A stretch of DNA of 64,000 nt. Source: Eledone cirrhosa (taxonomy: Eukaryota). Below, piece by piece: positions 27,714 to 41,752 of this stretch; position 1 is the stretch's first letter, and every line of letters starts with the position of its first letter. The DNA is taken from positions 92,070,001-92,134,000 of the forward strand of contig OZ024744.1 in assembly GCA_964016885.1 (NCBI GenBank), in the 5' to 3' direction. The translations under genes were made by a program, and so were the position numbers. The notes below the pieces were generated by a model, which made no database searches, was not told the DNA's origin, and was given only the letters and a program-made list of their open reading frames with translations.

Positions 27714-27815
27714 AAATGAAAAAAAAAACGAGACGTCCTGCACGAGTGAAACTATAAGGAAAAAGATGAAGTCGAAAATGCAACTGGAGTCTTTTTAAGA
27801 ATATTTATTTGGTTC

Positions 27816-27851
27816 CTTTACCGGTTTCGCAGTTCTTGTGCTTTTCAAAAG
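27816..27851 (-). ncRNA. Minimal hammerhead, U3-A8 core variant
   Basis: CTT-TTGAAAA-GCA CAAGAAC TGC-GAAA-CCGG-TA-AAG. Confidence 0.7.
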
Positions 27852-27907
27852 TAGAATTGAGATGGAGGGTTTGTGGTTTTTGTCGCATATATATATACAA
27901 TATATTA

Positions 27908-30900
27908 ATAAATGGAAACTATATTTATAAAACCATATTTATTTTATTATACATATTTCAAGGGCAACCAAGGCAAATTATGGTGCGCTTTCATCAGATA
28001 AAATACAGATTTGTTTTATAAATAAATATTGACATACCCGGAAAAAAAGACAACCTTAACGGTTGGAGCTTCCTGGATAGTGGAGATATTAGATTTATTG
28101 AGGGTGTTACAAAATTATGAGTGAGTATGCAAATGAGTGTCCGAAAGGTTGAAAATACTTTACATAGGAAAATACCGGAGATGACCGGTGGTTTATATCG
28201 TGACGATATGCTATTACTTATTGAAAATAATAATTGTTTCTACTTTAGGCACAAGGCCAGCAATTATCCAGTACATTACTGGTACTTTATTTTATCGACC
28301 CCGTAAGGATGAAAGGCAAATAATAATTGTGAAATAAATAGGAAAAGAAAAGAAATTATACAACTTTTTAATAGCGTTAATCTTAAAGTAGAAGTAGAGA
28401 ATAATTATAAAATAGTTAATTCTTTAGATGTAACTTTAAACCTTAACACTGGTCTTTATTATCCATTTCATAAAAGAAATGAGAATTTAAACTATGTTAA
28501 CTTTAATTCCAATCACCCCAGATCCGTTGAAAACACTATTGTAAATTCTGTGCAGCAACGTATTTTTAGAATTTCAGCTAATAAAAAATATTTGAAGATA
28601 AGGCACAATATTATAACGAAGCGTTAGGTAGAGCAGGCTATAGCAATAAAATTAAATACTTTGATAATAAGGATGTGCCAACTAACCATAACTATAAATA
28701 TTATAATAGAAAACCTTACACTAACTCGAAAACCAAAAGAAAAAATAGAACTAGAAATATATTATGGTTCGCTCCCCCTTTCTCATTAAGTATTAAAACT
28801 CCTATTGCTAAATTATTCTTTAAAGCTCTAGATAGGTGCTTTCCTAGGACACACAGGTATTACTCAATATTTAATAGACATACTATTAAACTCTCATATT
28901 CCACCACTATGAATTTAGCGCAGAATATTAATAGAATGAATAATAGAAACTTAAAACCTAACCAGAATAGCATTAATACCTCTAGCAATATCCAATATAA
29001 TGTTACGGCTCCCAATAATATAAATTTAGATAAATGTAATTGTAGAAATAAATCTAACTGTCCTCTAAATAATAATTGTTTAGTTAAAAATATATTATAC
29101 AATTGTAATGTCAAAACTCCTGTGTCGGCTCTACTCCCACAGACTTCAAATCTCGTTTTAATAACCATAAATGTTCTTTTACGAATATTGGTAAAAAATC
29201 TTCAACTTCTCTTTCTAACTTATTATGGGATTTGAAATCCAAGAACATTAACTATTCTTTACTTTGGAAAATTATTTCCAAAGCTCCTTCATACACGGCT
29301 TTATCCCAAAATTGCTCCCTTTGTGCTGAAGAAATATTCTTTATACTAAAAAGTAAGAACTCTATTAATTTGCGAAATAATTTATTCAGTTCCTGCAAAC
29401 ATCGTTTAAACTCAACTTTTAAATATATATATAAAATGTAATATATGATTTATCTCTTTTACATAATGTCTTCTATATCTATATATGATTCATATATTTA
29501 ATTTACTTTCTATTATCTCTACTTCACATATATACTATTACATCTATCGATAGATTATAACATTTCTTTATATGACTGCTTGAAACTCCTTTAAGGAAAA
29601 TTTTTTCTTGAAAAACTTACGGAAGGTTTTAAGAAAATCTTTTGAAAATTCCTTTGAAAGATATAGAAAAAACATTATTTTCATACCTTCCAATATTTTT
29701 ATATTGTTATATTTTTATATTATATTTTCAAACGTTTTCAATATATATATCCAAATGTTTATATATATGTGGAAAAATATGATTTTTTTTATATATATGT
29801 GGAGTAACCTATGGTTTATGCTTTAAATATATTCTTAAGATAAATTTTTTTAATGTTTTAACTTTATAGCAAGTAAATTTATGACTTCATATAAAATAAC
29901 ATATGGTTCATATTTTAATTATATTCTTAAGATAAAATTTTTTAACTTTTTAACTTTATAATATTTAATCCTTAGAGCCATCTGAGTTCTTAAAAAATCA
30001 CTTCTAACTTCCTTTACACTTCCTTACTGTTTTTATAATATAACTAAGTGGTTATTCTTTTGTAAACTCTCGAAAATCTTTCATAAATTTAGAATTATTT
30101 GAATGTTTAAAATTTTTGACTTACAACTTTTAATAAAATAAACTATACTAGATTTGCTCTAATGTAAAATAATATATATTTATTGAAATAATTTATAATC
30201 CTTAACATACACATTTAAACTAATTATTAAATTATTAAATTAAATCTTTAATATTAAGGTAAATTTTGATCTTTAATTTTGATTTCTAATTTTTTAATTT
30301 TAATTTAATTTTAATCTAATTTTTCAACCTATCATTATAAATATTATAATCAAAACATAATGCATCCTGCATTATAAATATTATTCTTCCACGTTATTCT
30401 CATTTCTTAATTTCTTCTCACTTAAATATACTTACGCTGTGTATTTATCCTTTGAAACTCATCTCTTCATGCACGCTATTTTCACTGTCAATATATATAA
30501 TCGTTCTTTCTTTCCTCTTCTATCTTTCTTATTTCTTCTTTTTTTCTTATTTCTTTTTTTCTCTCTCTCCCTCACATATCACCTTCTTCCAACAGTTTAA
30601 TTTAAATAAACCGTTATCTTTTCAACCTTTCGGACACTCATTTGTATACTCACTCATAATTTTGTATCACCCTCAATAAATCTAATATCTCCACTATCCA
30701 GGAAGCTCCAACCGTTAAGGTTGTCTTTTTTTCCGGGTATGTCAATATTTATTTATAAAACAAATCTGTATTTTATCTGATGACAGCGCACCATAATTTG
30801 CCTTGGTTGCCCTTGAAATATGTATAATAAAATAAATATGGTTTTATAAATATAGTTTCCATTTCGGTGGATTGGCAGTATCGGTAGAGGGTCGGACGCC

Positions 30901-31148
30901 ATGCTTTCCAGCATAGTTACGTCCCTTTACGATCTGAGTTCAAATCCCGCCGAGGTTGACTTTGCCTTTCATCCTTACGGGGTCGATAAAATAAAGTACC
31001 AGTAATGCACTGGATAATTGCTGGCCTTGTGCCTAAAGTAGAAACAATTAATATATTGTGCATTTACTCCACTAAATTGTTGAGTGCTTTATATCAGTTA
31101 TAAACAATTTTTAAGCTTGTTGAATCCCAACAAATTAAATATAACCTC

Positions 31149-31152
<4 letters not shown>
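27908..31152 (+). mobile_element. 5'-truncated Penelope-like element with inverted pLTR (27908-28155) and 3' pLTR hammerhead (30770-30833)
   Basis: GGLYRDD, NSLDVTL, WFAPPFS, CNCRNKSNCPL, CSLC..CKH; SINE insertions at ~28230-28320 and 30864-31050; inverted HHR copy at 27941-28004. Confidence 0.9.
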
Positions 31153-31187
<35 letters not shown>

Positions 31188-31189
31188 CT

Positions 31190-31335
31190 GCATCCAGTGG
31201 CAAGGCTCCAGTTCGGGAGTTCAGGGACAGTGGGAAATGTGGATTTACCCCTAGTTGTTATCATTCCCAGGTCTGCTCTGGCCCGGACTAGCTAGTAGTA
31301 CCTGTTAGAGTCCCATTTATGGGTTAAATAATTAC
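31190..31335 (+). mobile_element. Third SINE-like family fragment
   Basis: GGCTCCAGTTCGGGAG...CCCAGGTCTGCTCTGGCCCGGA..GTAGTACCTGTTAGAGTCCCATTTATGGG resembles an abundant octopus short repeat (recalled, not searched). Confidence 0.45.
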
Positions 31336-31727
31336 CTTACTCGAGTGGCGCCGGTAAGGTATCATTAGCAACTGAAAATAAATCTCGGGAATTTTACCCG
31401 CCCTAGATATATATATATAAATGTAATCTGAGTTTATCGAATATCAACAATAATATTTGATTCGTTTTCAATTATGCAAACAGCCTCTGCAAAGCCATGT
31501 CAGTAGAATGAGTCGTCATTCATGTTCTCGTGTTGGCATGTATACATGAAACTGACTGACCAGTCTGCTGCTGATATGCAAATCAGGCTGAACGGAGAGT
31601 CTGCTAATAGGCAGATCTGATTGATCAACCAGTCTGCTAATATGCAAATCAGGCCGATCAGTCACTGTATATTTTAGAAAATAGCATATATTTTCACTAG
31701 CCCTGACAGTTTGGCAGGTGAACAGTG

Positions 31728-31775
31728 AACTGCACTGATGAAGGGTGATACCCAGAAACATTATTGTTTGCAGTT
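31728..31775 (+). ncRNA. Hammerhead (family of 13385) in module 31420-31940 with short 5' inversion
   Basis: AACTGCA-CTGATGA-AGGGTGATACCCA-GAAA-CATTATTG-TT-TGCAGTT. Confidence 0.8.
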
Positions 31776-32069
31776 CTGTTTACATGCGAACACAAGAGCA
31801 AGAATGACGATGTTATTCTACTGATTTGGCTTTGAAGACGCTGTTTGCATAATTGCAAACGAATCGAATATTATTATTAATATTTGATATACTCAGATTA
31901 CATTTATTGTATTCATCCATGTAGAGCGATAAACCATTTGTTTGATACACACACGCACACACACACACACATACACAGACACACACACTCAAAAACACAG
32001 ACACACACACACTCACAAACACAAACACACACACACACACTCACAAAGACCCCCCCACACACACACATA

Positions 32070-32235
<166 letters not shown>

Positions 32236-32309
32236 ACAAGGAAAATGTGGTAATAAACCAGGTGGACCAGTTCGGATCAAGCTGTCGGAAAAGCCAGAGC
32301 TCAGCCGTC

Positions 32310-32345
<36 letters not shown>

Positions 32346-32540
32346 GTAGAACACTGGAAGGGTTATATCCGTAGTATTAGATCACTCAGTCCATTGGACG
32401 AGTTTGGTAGAAGTAGTAAGACGACAGTTAGTTCACCATTATTCGGATCCTCAGCTCGATCTCAGACCGAGCTGAGAATCCGAATAAGGTGAAACATTTG
32501 TTCTTCTTATGGTGAACTAACTGTTGTAGAACTACTTATA

Positions 32541-32657
<117 letters not shown>

Positions 32658-32658
32658 G

Positions 32659-32693
<35 letters not shown>

Positions 32694-32924
32694 TGTAATA
32701 AACAACATAAGGCAATTATTCCATTTACCAGTGGTTTCTTAAAAGCAAAAGATTTTGCTTTCAAACTTCAGAATGAAAAAGTCCTGGTCTGTTTATTGAA
32801 TTTGGATTTTAAAAACAAAAATGCAATCTATATGAAAGTGAGGCTGGAGAAGGAAGAAGGAAAGGAAAAATAAAATAAAACTACACATGCAAACACACAC
32901 ACACAAACACAAAAGCATATATAT

Positions 32925-32969
<45 letters not shown>

Positions 32970-32974
<5 letters not shown>

Positions 32975-35900
32975 TATAAGATCAAAAGATGGTTAAAGGA
33001 GTTCCATGTATTTTATTATGCGCATTTCAAAAACAAACATCATCATGCAATAATATTTGTGTTTTCATCAGATAAAACAGGAGAACATGATATGAAGGCT
33101 AAAAAACACCTGTGGACAGTGCAGTTTTAAATCAACATATGAAAAGTGGTTTTAGATTGATGTGTGATATTGGGAAAAATATTTTATTTAGAGAGGGGGG
33201 GTGGAAAGGATGAAAAGGGAAGGAGATGAGAGGGAGAGATGGGTGATAGAGAGAAAGAGATAGTTTTTATAACAGAGAGTAGATATATAGTGTTACATAG
33301 AGAGGTTGAAAACCGTTGGAAGATAATGTATAAATTAAAAATTTTGAAAATTAACGAAGGGAGGATATGTACGAGGAAAAAAAATATTTTATTTAGGGAT
33401 TGGGGGGGAAGGATGAAAAAAGGGGGAGGAGATGAGAGTGAAGGTGGAGAGGGAGAGATGGGTGATAGAGAGAAAGAGATAGTTTTTATAACTGAGAAAA
33501 AGATATATTGTTTTAACATAGAGAGGTTGGGAACCGTTGGAAGATAATGTATAAATTAAAGGAATTTGAAAAAAAATAACGAAGGGAATTTATGTATGAA
33601 GATAGAGAGAAAAAAATAATAATTGTGGATGAATATTCTAACGTCAAAAAAAGAAATGTATGTATTGTGGCAATTTCAAAATTAACGAAGAGAAAAATTA
33701 TTGAGGTTTGTGTGTAGAAGGATTTGAGAAGAAATGTGAAGTTAAAGTTTGTATATTGAAAGGATTGATAATATATGCGAATAAAGAGTTAATATGTATT
33801 AATAATGAGTTCGTTGATGGGGAGAAAAAAATAATAAATTAAGGATGAAATTGAGATTAAAAAAATTTATGATAGAGAGAAAAAATAATAATGATTGCGG
33901 ATGAATATTCAAACGTCAAAAACAAGAAATGTATGTTATGATTTTTATAAGGTGAAGATAGAATGAGGGTAATGAGTAAACAAGTATTATCGAGTGTATA
34001 ATGCCCTTTAAAGTAAGGTAGATGGGTATATTTTAAAGAGGTGTATGTATAAGTGCCTTTGAGAAAAGATTCTAAATTGATAAAGAATTGAATATTAACT
34101 GTATACCTTGTGAAAAGTTCTATGGAATTTATGCAGGCAGATAGAAAACAAATCTGTACGGCTGTTTATTATAGAATCTAGGTTAGAGATAATGGTAAAT
34201 TTTTCATTTAGGCAGAGATTACAGATTTTAGATAGAGAGCTGTTCAAGTATGAGGATGCAGAAGAAATCTTCTTCCAAAAGATGGTATATTTAATGTTTT
34301 TGTCTTTTAAGGGCCATATGAGTTCTGAGAGAGCAGTGTTGGTTCTTTTAAGTTTGTATTTGAAAGATGAATGATGATTATAGAGACGAGCTTTAAAAGA
34401 GGTGGAAGTGGAGCCAAAATAGGTGAAGGAATTGGTGCTAGTTATAATTTTACATTCATAAATTAAGTTTTTATCGAGACAATGGTTGTTGAGAGGACAT
34501 TTATTTTTAATGCGGCAGTTGCAATTAGAGAGATTATTAATGAGTGATCTAGTGTTATCTATAGAAGGAATTGGATTGGAGAAGTTGTTTGCGATAGGAA
34601 TAATAGGAATAATAGTTTCTTGATTTAGAGTTGGATTATGAACATTTAGCGAAGTTGTGTTTGACGTTGTATTTGGGTTTACAGAAGTTAGCCTAGGGTT
34701 TACAATGACGTCGGGAGTACTATTACTGTTATTATGAAATTCAATATTGGAAGGAAGAGATTTAGTATTTAGTATTTTATTGTTGTGTTTAGAGATGATG
34801 TTGGAAATATTGGAGGATGTAGAATACGAAAATTTGATGGTGTGTTTGTTAAATATTTTACTATAGATATGTGAGGGAGGGAAGCATTTATTTAAGGCAC
34901 TAAAAAAATAATTTAGGAATATTGTTATTAATAGAGATGGAGAAAGGAGCATTATACCAGATTATGTTTTTGTATCTAGGTCTTTTATTAAAATTATTGG
35001 AATGGTCATGATTAATTATTCTACTGTAAGTTTTACTAGAATTTGTTTCTTTACTATATTTGATTTTATCTGGATAGCCGGCTTTAGAAAGTGCGTTATT
35101 ATAGTAATTGGCGTTAGCATCAAATATGTTTTTATTAGAAGATATGTTAGATATTCTTTTTCCAATATTATTAACTATAGCATTCTTGATATTGGTAGGA
35201 TGGTTAGATTTAAAGTTAACATAATTAAGGTTCTCATTGTTTTTATGGTAAGGGTAATATAGGCCAGTGTCAAGATTAAGAGATACATCCAAGAAATTAG
35301 CTAGTTTGATACTATTATCAAATTCAATTTTTAGGTTATGTTGGTTAAAGAGATTACGTATATTGTTCTTAATAATATTAAGGTTAACTATATTGCAATT
35401 TAGGATAGTAAAGAGTCCATCGTCACGATAAATTCCACCGCGAAGTTGAGGAATTTTCCGACTCAAAGAGTTCAAAATGAAGATACCAATTAAATCAGTC
35501 AATTGGGATGAATCGGATGCTCCCATTGTGATGTCGAAGTTGTTAGAGGTATCGGCTCTGGTCCAATATTCGTTGTTGAACTCTAGGATGGTTTTACGTG
35601 CGGTGAGGATGATGTGAAGTTCATCTGTGGTGATGTCAGAATATTTAAGTGCGAAAGATAGAGCATTATTGAGAAGTGAAGGCGAAATGGAGGAATAGTA
35701 GCTGGCAATATCAAATTGAATAAATTTTAGTTTGTTTTTATTATCCAATTTGTTGAACCAGCCAATCACTTCAGAAGTAACAAACCATAAATTTAGGTTC
35801 AAAGAAGAGCAATTAGAACTAACCTGTGGGATAATTCTATCCAAGATGGCTTTACTAACAACCCCCAGATCGGATTTAGAGGGGGCGATTAATCTAACAG

Positions 35901-36450
35901 GTAGTTCAGTGCGAAAATTGTTTTTGTGATCCTTGAGATTTATCCTCGGAGTTCTTGGGAGGAATGGTTCGGTCTTTTTTTCAATGCCAAGTTTTGACAT
36001 AATCTCATAGGCTTCAAGGTTTATGCATTCTAAATTTTCATGGTTGGTTTTACGATACTTTTTCCTAAGTTCCTTTAGGATAAGGTTGTTATAATTATCC
36101 TTGGAAATACCATATAGGTTATTGGTTTTGTCAGAGTGGACTAAAACATCTTTTGAGGAATTTAGGTTAGAGATTGTGTTCTTGAGATTTACAAGGTGCT
36201 CTTGTCCTTTGTAAGGGTATCTCTTGAATTTAAGATTTTTTATTATTTTAGTTAATTCTTCCTCGAATTGTACTAGATTTTTGTTGGAAGGAGGATTTCG
36301 TCTAGAATTAAAAAGATGATCGAGGAAGTTATGTTCTTTGGTATGAAAGTTCCCTTTTAGGCGCTGGTCATAGAAATAGGCTGTCCATCTAAGTCTTCTT
36401 ACGAAGGAGTCAGTTTTTTCAATAAGAAGTTTGGTGAATTCAGATTTACA
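32970..36450 (-). mobile_element. Penelope-like element family B, near full-length, one frameshift (~34905), 3' hammerhead 33011-33077
   Basis: RT (QFDIASYY, ITMGA, GIYRDD, NFLDV) plus CNC-x5-C and GIY-YIG (IYECKI...YFGST..FKARLYNH), CNLC, CLH; HHR GAAA-TGCGCA-TA. Confidence 0.95.
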
Positions 36451-36479
36451 TATATATATATATACATATACATACATAT

Positions 36480-36710
36480 ATATGGTGGCTGCCAACTCGT
36501 TTTCGAGTACGGCCACTACTTTATATCCATGTAGAACTCCTACCGATTCGCTGAACAAATGTAACTTTAGTCCAGCCAGCGACTTGAAAACTCTGGTACA
36601 AACACTACACTTGTGACAATTATTGACACATAGTGCTAGGCCCATGGTACCATGTGACGACAAGTGCAGAGAGATCTCCAGATACAAAGCAATACCTGTG
36701 CCGTGAAGCT
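36480..36710 (-). pseudogene. Probable RTE 3'-end fragment with C2H2-like finger
   Basis: CSVCTRVFKSLAGLKLH ending GCAGCCACC-(TA)n. Confidence 0.5.
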
Positions 36711-36935
36711 TATATATATATACACATACATACACTCATACATACACACGCGCACACATATATACACACATATATGTGTATATAAATACACACAAACACA
36801 TATATACATACGCACATAAATATCAACCCATCCATACATACAAATACATATATACAACCACACACACATATATACACACATACATACACATAGAAACATA
36901 AATATAAATACATATACATACACACATATACATAC

Positions 36936-36966
<31 letters not shown>

Positions 36967-37529
36967 TATATATATATATATGTGTACAAGCATACACATA
37001 CACAAACATAGCCATACACACATACATATACATACATACATGCACACAATCATACATATATACACACGAACATACATACACATAGATAGATGCACTCCTC
37101 TACATATTCACACACGCAAATAAATATAAGATAAAATATATATATATATATATAAAAAAATTTTTGACAGCGATACAGAACGCAGCTAACTGGACAGACA
37201 CGCGTGGTAAGTAATACACACGAATGCACGTATACATACGTACGAAATATTAAATACATACACACACTCTCGCACATAAATATACATATACAAATACATA
37301 AACACATACATACACATACATGCACAAACACGCACACGTATACAATTATACACACACATATGTATATGTAATTATACACACACACACATATATATACATA
37401 AATATAAACATACACACACACACAATTATGTATACATACACACATACAAATACATACATAGCTATACAATTATACACATACAAATACGTACATATCATAA
37501 ACACGCACAACCAAATACAAACACACACT

Positions 37530-37605
<76 letters not shown>

Positions 37606-37879
37606 TATACATACACACACATACACATATACATGTGTGTGTGTGTGTGTAAAACTCAGTCTTAGATAATTCATATGAACCTTACATATACATATATATA
37701 GTAGTAAAGTAATAAAGTAATAAGCAACATAAGGCAATTATTCCATTCATCAATGGTTTCTTAAGAGCAAAAAATTTTTCCTTCAATCTTCAGAATGAAA
37801 AAACCTGGTCTATCTACATATACATACATATACACACACAAATATATATATATATACATATATATACACACATATATAC

Positions 37880-37910
<31 letters not shown>

Positions 37911-38083
37911 AACATACATACACATAGGTATGTGAAGGGCAAGGCAAAAAGAATATGGGGGGGGGGCATAGGAAAAGGTGAAATATAGGGGAGGTAAAGG
38001 AGAAAAAAATAAATATACAAGAGTACAGAACGTAGAATCAGCAAAAAAAACCGTAGCAGAAGTAAAGAGCAGGAAAGGAGTTC

Positions 38084-39775
38084 AAGGCGGTTGATTTATC
38101 ATAGGAGTGTTAATCCAGTTACAGATCAGATGCGATTTCAGATGAGAACAGCATCTGAAGATCTCAGTCTTTGAGTTAAGGCAAGCGGAAGTGGCTCTCA
38201 AGTTTAGCAAAATCCTATACTTTTCTGTGGTACACAAAGAACAATTCTTTGTGCCCCTTTAGTACTCCCTCGAATGGTCTAATATAGACCAATTAATAGA
38301 GTACGGGATGTTACTATCCTTGAGTTCCCACACCTTACTTGCGAGGGCCGTTGATGTTCGTTTATCGGAGTGCTTAAAAGAAGCGACATGTGAGTAAAAT
38401 CTGGTTTTAAACCTGTCCTGAGTCATACCGACATATCGCTCACTCCTGGCTGGCTGGTTGTTGATTACCGGTGTTATCTTAGCCTCATAAACAACAGATT
38501 TGGTGTTACATTTACCCTGCAATGGGCATTCATCCGGCTTCCTGCAACTGCATCCTGGATTTATTCTCGTATGGTTTGAACTGGTGTATATACCTAAGAT
38601 TTTCATTAGGTTTATGATAGGGTTTAAAAGAGGCGGTAAGTAGATCAAGATTAATATCAAGAAAGTTAGCATTAGTAAGGTTCGTATCTATAGTGATTTT
38701 AAGGTTAAGATTAGCAAAAGTATTGATTAAATCTTTACGGAATTTATCAAGGTTATGGCCGTTGGTGGTATGAGAAACTGCTAATCCGTCATCACGGTAT
38801 AAACCGATATTATGGGACGGAAATTTCTCTTTGAGGGTGTGGAGAAGGAATAATCCTACTAAGTCACACACATCCGCACTGTCATATGAACCCATTGCAA
38901 CATCAAAAGAGTTTTCAGGGTTTGACTTTTTAACCCAAATATTATCATTAGTAAAGAGTAAAGTTTTTCTAGCATGAAAGATAATGTCTTCTTCTAATTT
39001 AGAAATATTAATGAAGGGTCTTGCAAAATCTAAGGTATTAGTTAATAAGGAAACAGTAATAGATGGGTAAAAATCGACAATATCAAATTGGGTAAATCTA
39101 CACTTATTTTTACCTTGTATATTATTGAACCAAGAAATAACAGAGGAAGTATTTAGCCACTGTGATAGGTCAGTATTAGATCTAATTTGGAGAATTATTT
39201 TTCTTAAGATTTTCTTATTTGCAAGGCCAACCTCGGATTTAGCCGCGTTAATCAATCTACAACTAGGTCGATTAGTAAAGCCTAATTTATGGTCTTTAAG
39301 GGTAATATATGCTTTACACTTAGCTAGGCTTTCAATCCGGTTATCTATTTGTAAAGAACTAGCTAGTTCTTTAGCTTCTTTATTGATAGTATTGTAGGCA
39401 TTATTATTAGTTAATTGATATTTATTGGTAATACTATTAGTTAAAAGTTGGTTATACAAAGTACTATTAACTTCAAAGAGATTTTTAGTTTTATCAGAAA
39501 GAACAAAAGTGTTTGTAGAATTTCTAAAATTAGAAATATCGTTAGATAGTTTAGTTTGAAAGTTATTATTGTACTTACGAAATTTGATATCACTAATTAG
39601 ATTAACAAGGTCTAATTCGAAGCTGGCCATGTCTTTAATTCTAGGTGGATATTTACGGGATTTGATGTCAAAACAATCTTTAGTATCAGCACTGAATAGT
39701 CCATCGTGAACCATTGCCTTCCATCTCATTCTTTTAACGACTTGTTCGATTTTATCTATGAGGATTTTGGTATAA
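38084..39775 (-). mobile_element. Penelope-like element family C, 5'-truncated inverted copy
   Basis: Near-identical to 42020-43709; hammerheads at 37742-37799 and 32720-32777 lie on the same arm. Confidence 0.95.
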
Positions 39776-39834
39776 GTATATATATATATATTTGTGTGTG
39801 TATATGTATGTATATGTAGATAGACCAGGTTTTT

Positions 39835-39892
39835 TTCATTCTGAAGATTGAAGGAAAAATTGTTTGCTTTTAAGAAACCATTGGTGAATGGA
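39835..39892 (+). ncRNA. Hammerhead variant 1 of the family C pLTR (GUG triplet; also 44096-44153)
   Basis: TTCATT-CTGAAGA-TTGAAG...CTTTTAA-GAAA-CCATTGG-TG-AATGGA. Confidence 0.7.
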
Positions 39893-40008
39893 ATAATTGC
39901 CTTATGTTGCTTATTACTTTATTACTTTACTACTATATATATGTATATGTAAGGTTCATATGAATTATCTAAGACTGAGTTTTACACACACACACATGTA
40001 TATGTGTA

Positions 40009-40067
<59 letters not shown>

Positions 40068-40141
40068 CGAAGGAAATGTGGTAAGGAACCAGGTGGACCA
40101 TAACGCACCAAAGTACTCAATACTTGAGGTAGTAGAGTGGG

Positions 40142-40261
40142 TAATAGGAACCAGTAAGACCCCGACAGCTGAGCTCAAGCCGTTTCGACGGCTAATTCTG
40201 GAGTCAGAATTAGCCGTCGAAACGGCTTGAGCTCAGCTGTCGGGGTCTTACTGGTTCCTAT

Positions 40262-40263
<2 letters not shown>
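40142..40263. repeat. Perfect 59-bp hairpin made of hammerhead 3' halves
   Basis: Arm contains GAAA-CGGCT..AGCTG-TC-GGGGTC; loop GAGT. Confidence 0.9.
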
Positions 40264-40292
<29 letters not shown>

Positions 40293-40663
40293 GTGTGTTT
40301 GTATTTGGTTGTGCGTGTTTATGATATGTACGTATTTGTATGTGTATAATTGTATAGCTATGTATGTATTTGTATGTGTGTATGTATACATAATTGTGTG
40401 TGTGTGTATGTTTATATTTATGTATATATGTATATATATGTGTGTGTGTATAATTACATATACATATGTGTGTGTATAATTGTATACGTGTGCGTGTGCG
40501 TGCATGTATGTGTATGTATGTGTTTATGTATTTGTATATGTATATTTATGTGCGAGAGTGTGTGTATGTATTTACTATTTCGTACGTATGTATACGTGCA
40601 TTTGTGTGTATTACTTACCACGCGTGTCTGTCCAGTTAGATGCGTTCTGTATCGCTGTCAAAC

Positions 40664-40694
<31 letters not shown>

Positions 40695-40877
40695 ATGTAT
40701 AAATTATAATTTTGCTCTGATACTTACATAGAGCACTCTTCATTTCTATGACCTCTTCTGTTTCCAACGGAAATTTCAATACTTATATATATATAGACTA
40801 TCCAGACAGCTTCCAAAAATAATGGTCGCATCTAATAGGGTACGTCAAAATTATTTATAAAACTGTTTATATATTGT

Positions 40878-40940
40878 ATTTTGTCTGATGAAGGCATACC
40901 ATATTTTAATTTGGTATCCCTGAAATATGTATAATGAAAT
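40878..40940 (+). ncRNA. Hammerhead (family of 18530/30770)
   Basis: CTGATGA-AGGCATACCA...TGGTATCCCT-GAAA-TATG-TA. Confidence 0.8.
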
Positions 40941-41491
40941 AAATATGGTTTTATAAATATAGTTTCCATTTATTTAATATCGTATATAGATATATATATT
41001 TTTTTTTCTTATATTTATTTGCGTGTGTGAATATGTAGAGGAGTGCATTTATGTATGTGTATGTATGTACGTGTGTATATATGTATGATTGTGTGCATGT
41101 ATGTATGTATGTATGTATGTATGTATGTATGTATGTATGTATATGTATGTGTGTATGGCTATGTTTGTGTATGTGTATGCTTGTACACACATATATATAT
41201 ATATATATGTATATGTGTGTATATATATATATATATGTATGTATATGTGTGTATGTATATGTATTTATATTTATGTTTCTATGTGTATGTATGTGTGTAT
41301 ATATGTGTGTGTGGTTGTATATATGTATGTGTATGTATGGATGTGTTGATATTTATGTGCGTATGTATATATGTGTTTGTGTGTATTTATATACACATAT
41401 ATGTGTGTATATATGTGTACGTGTGTGTATGTATGAGTGTATGTATGTGTATATATATATGTATGTATATATATATATATGTATATATGTA

Positions 41492-41552
<61 letters not shown>

Positions 41553-41696
41553 ATATATGCTTTTGTGTTTTTGTGTGTGTGTTTGCATGTGTAGTTTTAT
41601 TTTATTTTTCCTTTCCTTCTTCCTTCTCCAGCCTCACTTTCATATAGATTGCATTTTTGTTCTACAATCCTAATTCAATAAACAGACCAGGATTTT

Positions 41697-41752
41697 TTCA
41701 TTCTGAGGATTGAAAGCAAAATCTTTTGTTTTTAAGAAACCACTGGTAAATG
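41697..41752 (+). ncRNA. Hammerhead variant 2 of the family C pLTR (also 47012-47069)
   Basis: CATT-CTGAGGA-TTGAAAGC...TTTTAA-GAAA-CCACTGG-TA-AATG. Confidence 0.85.

Noticed and set aside
34900-36735. 611-aa ORF as a zinc-finger-RT fusion protein
   Set aside because: The N-terminus runs through two (TA/CA)n tracts and a separate RTE-end fragment; chance in-frame read-through
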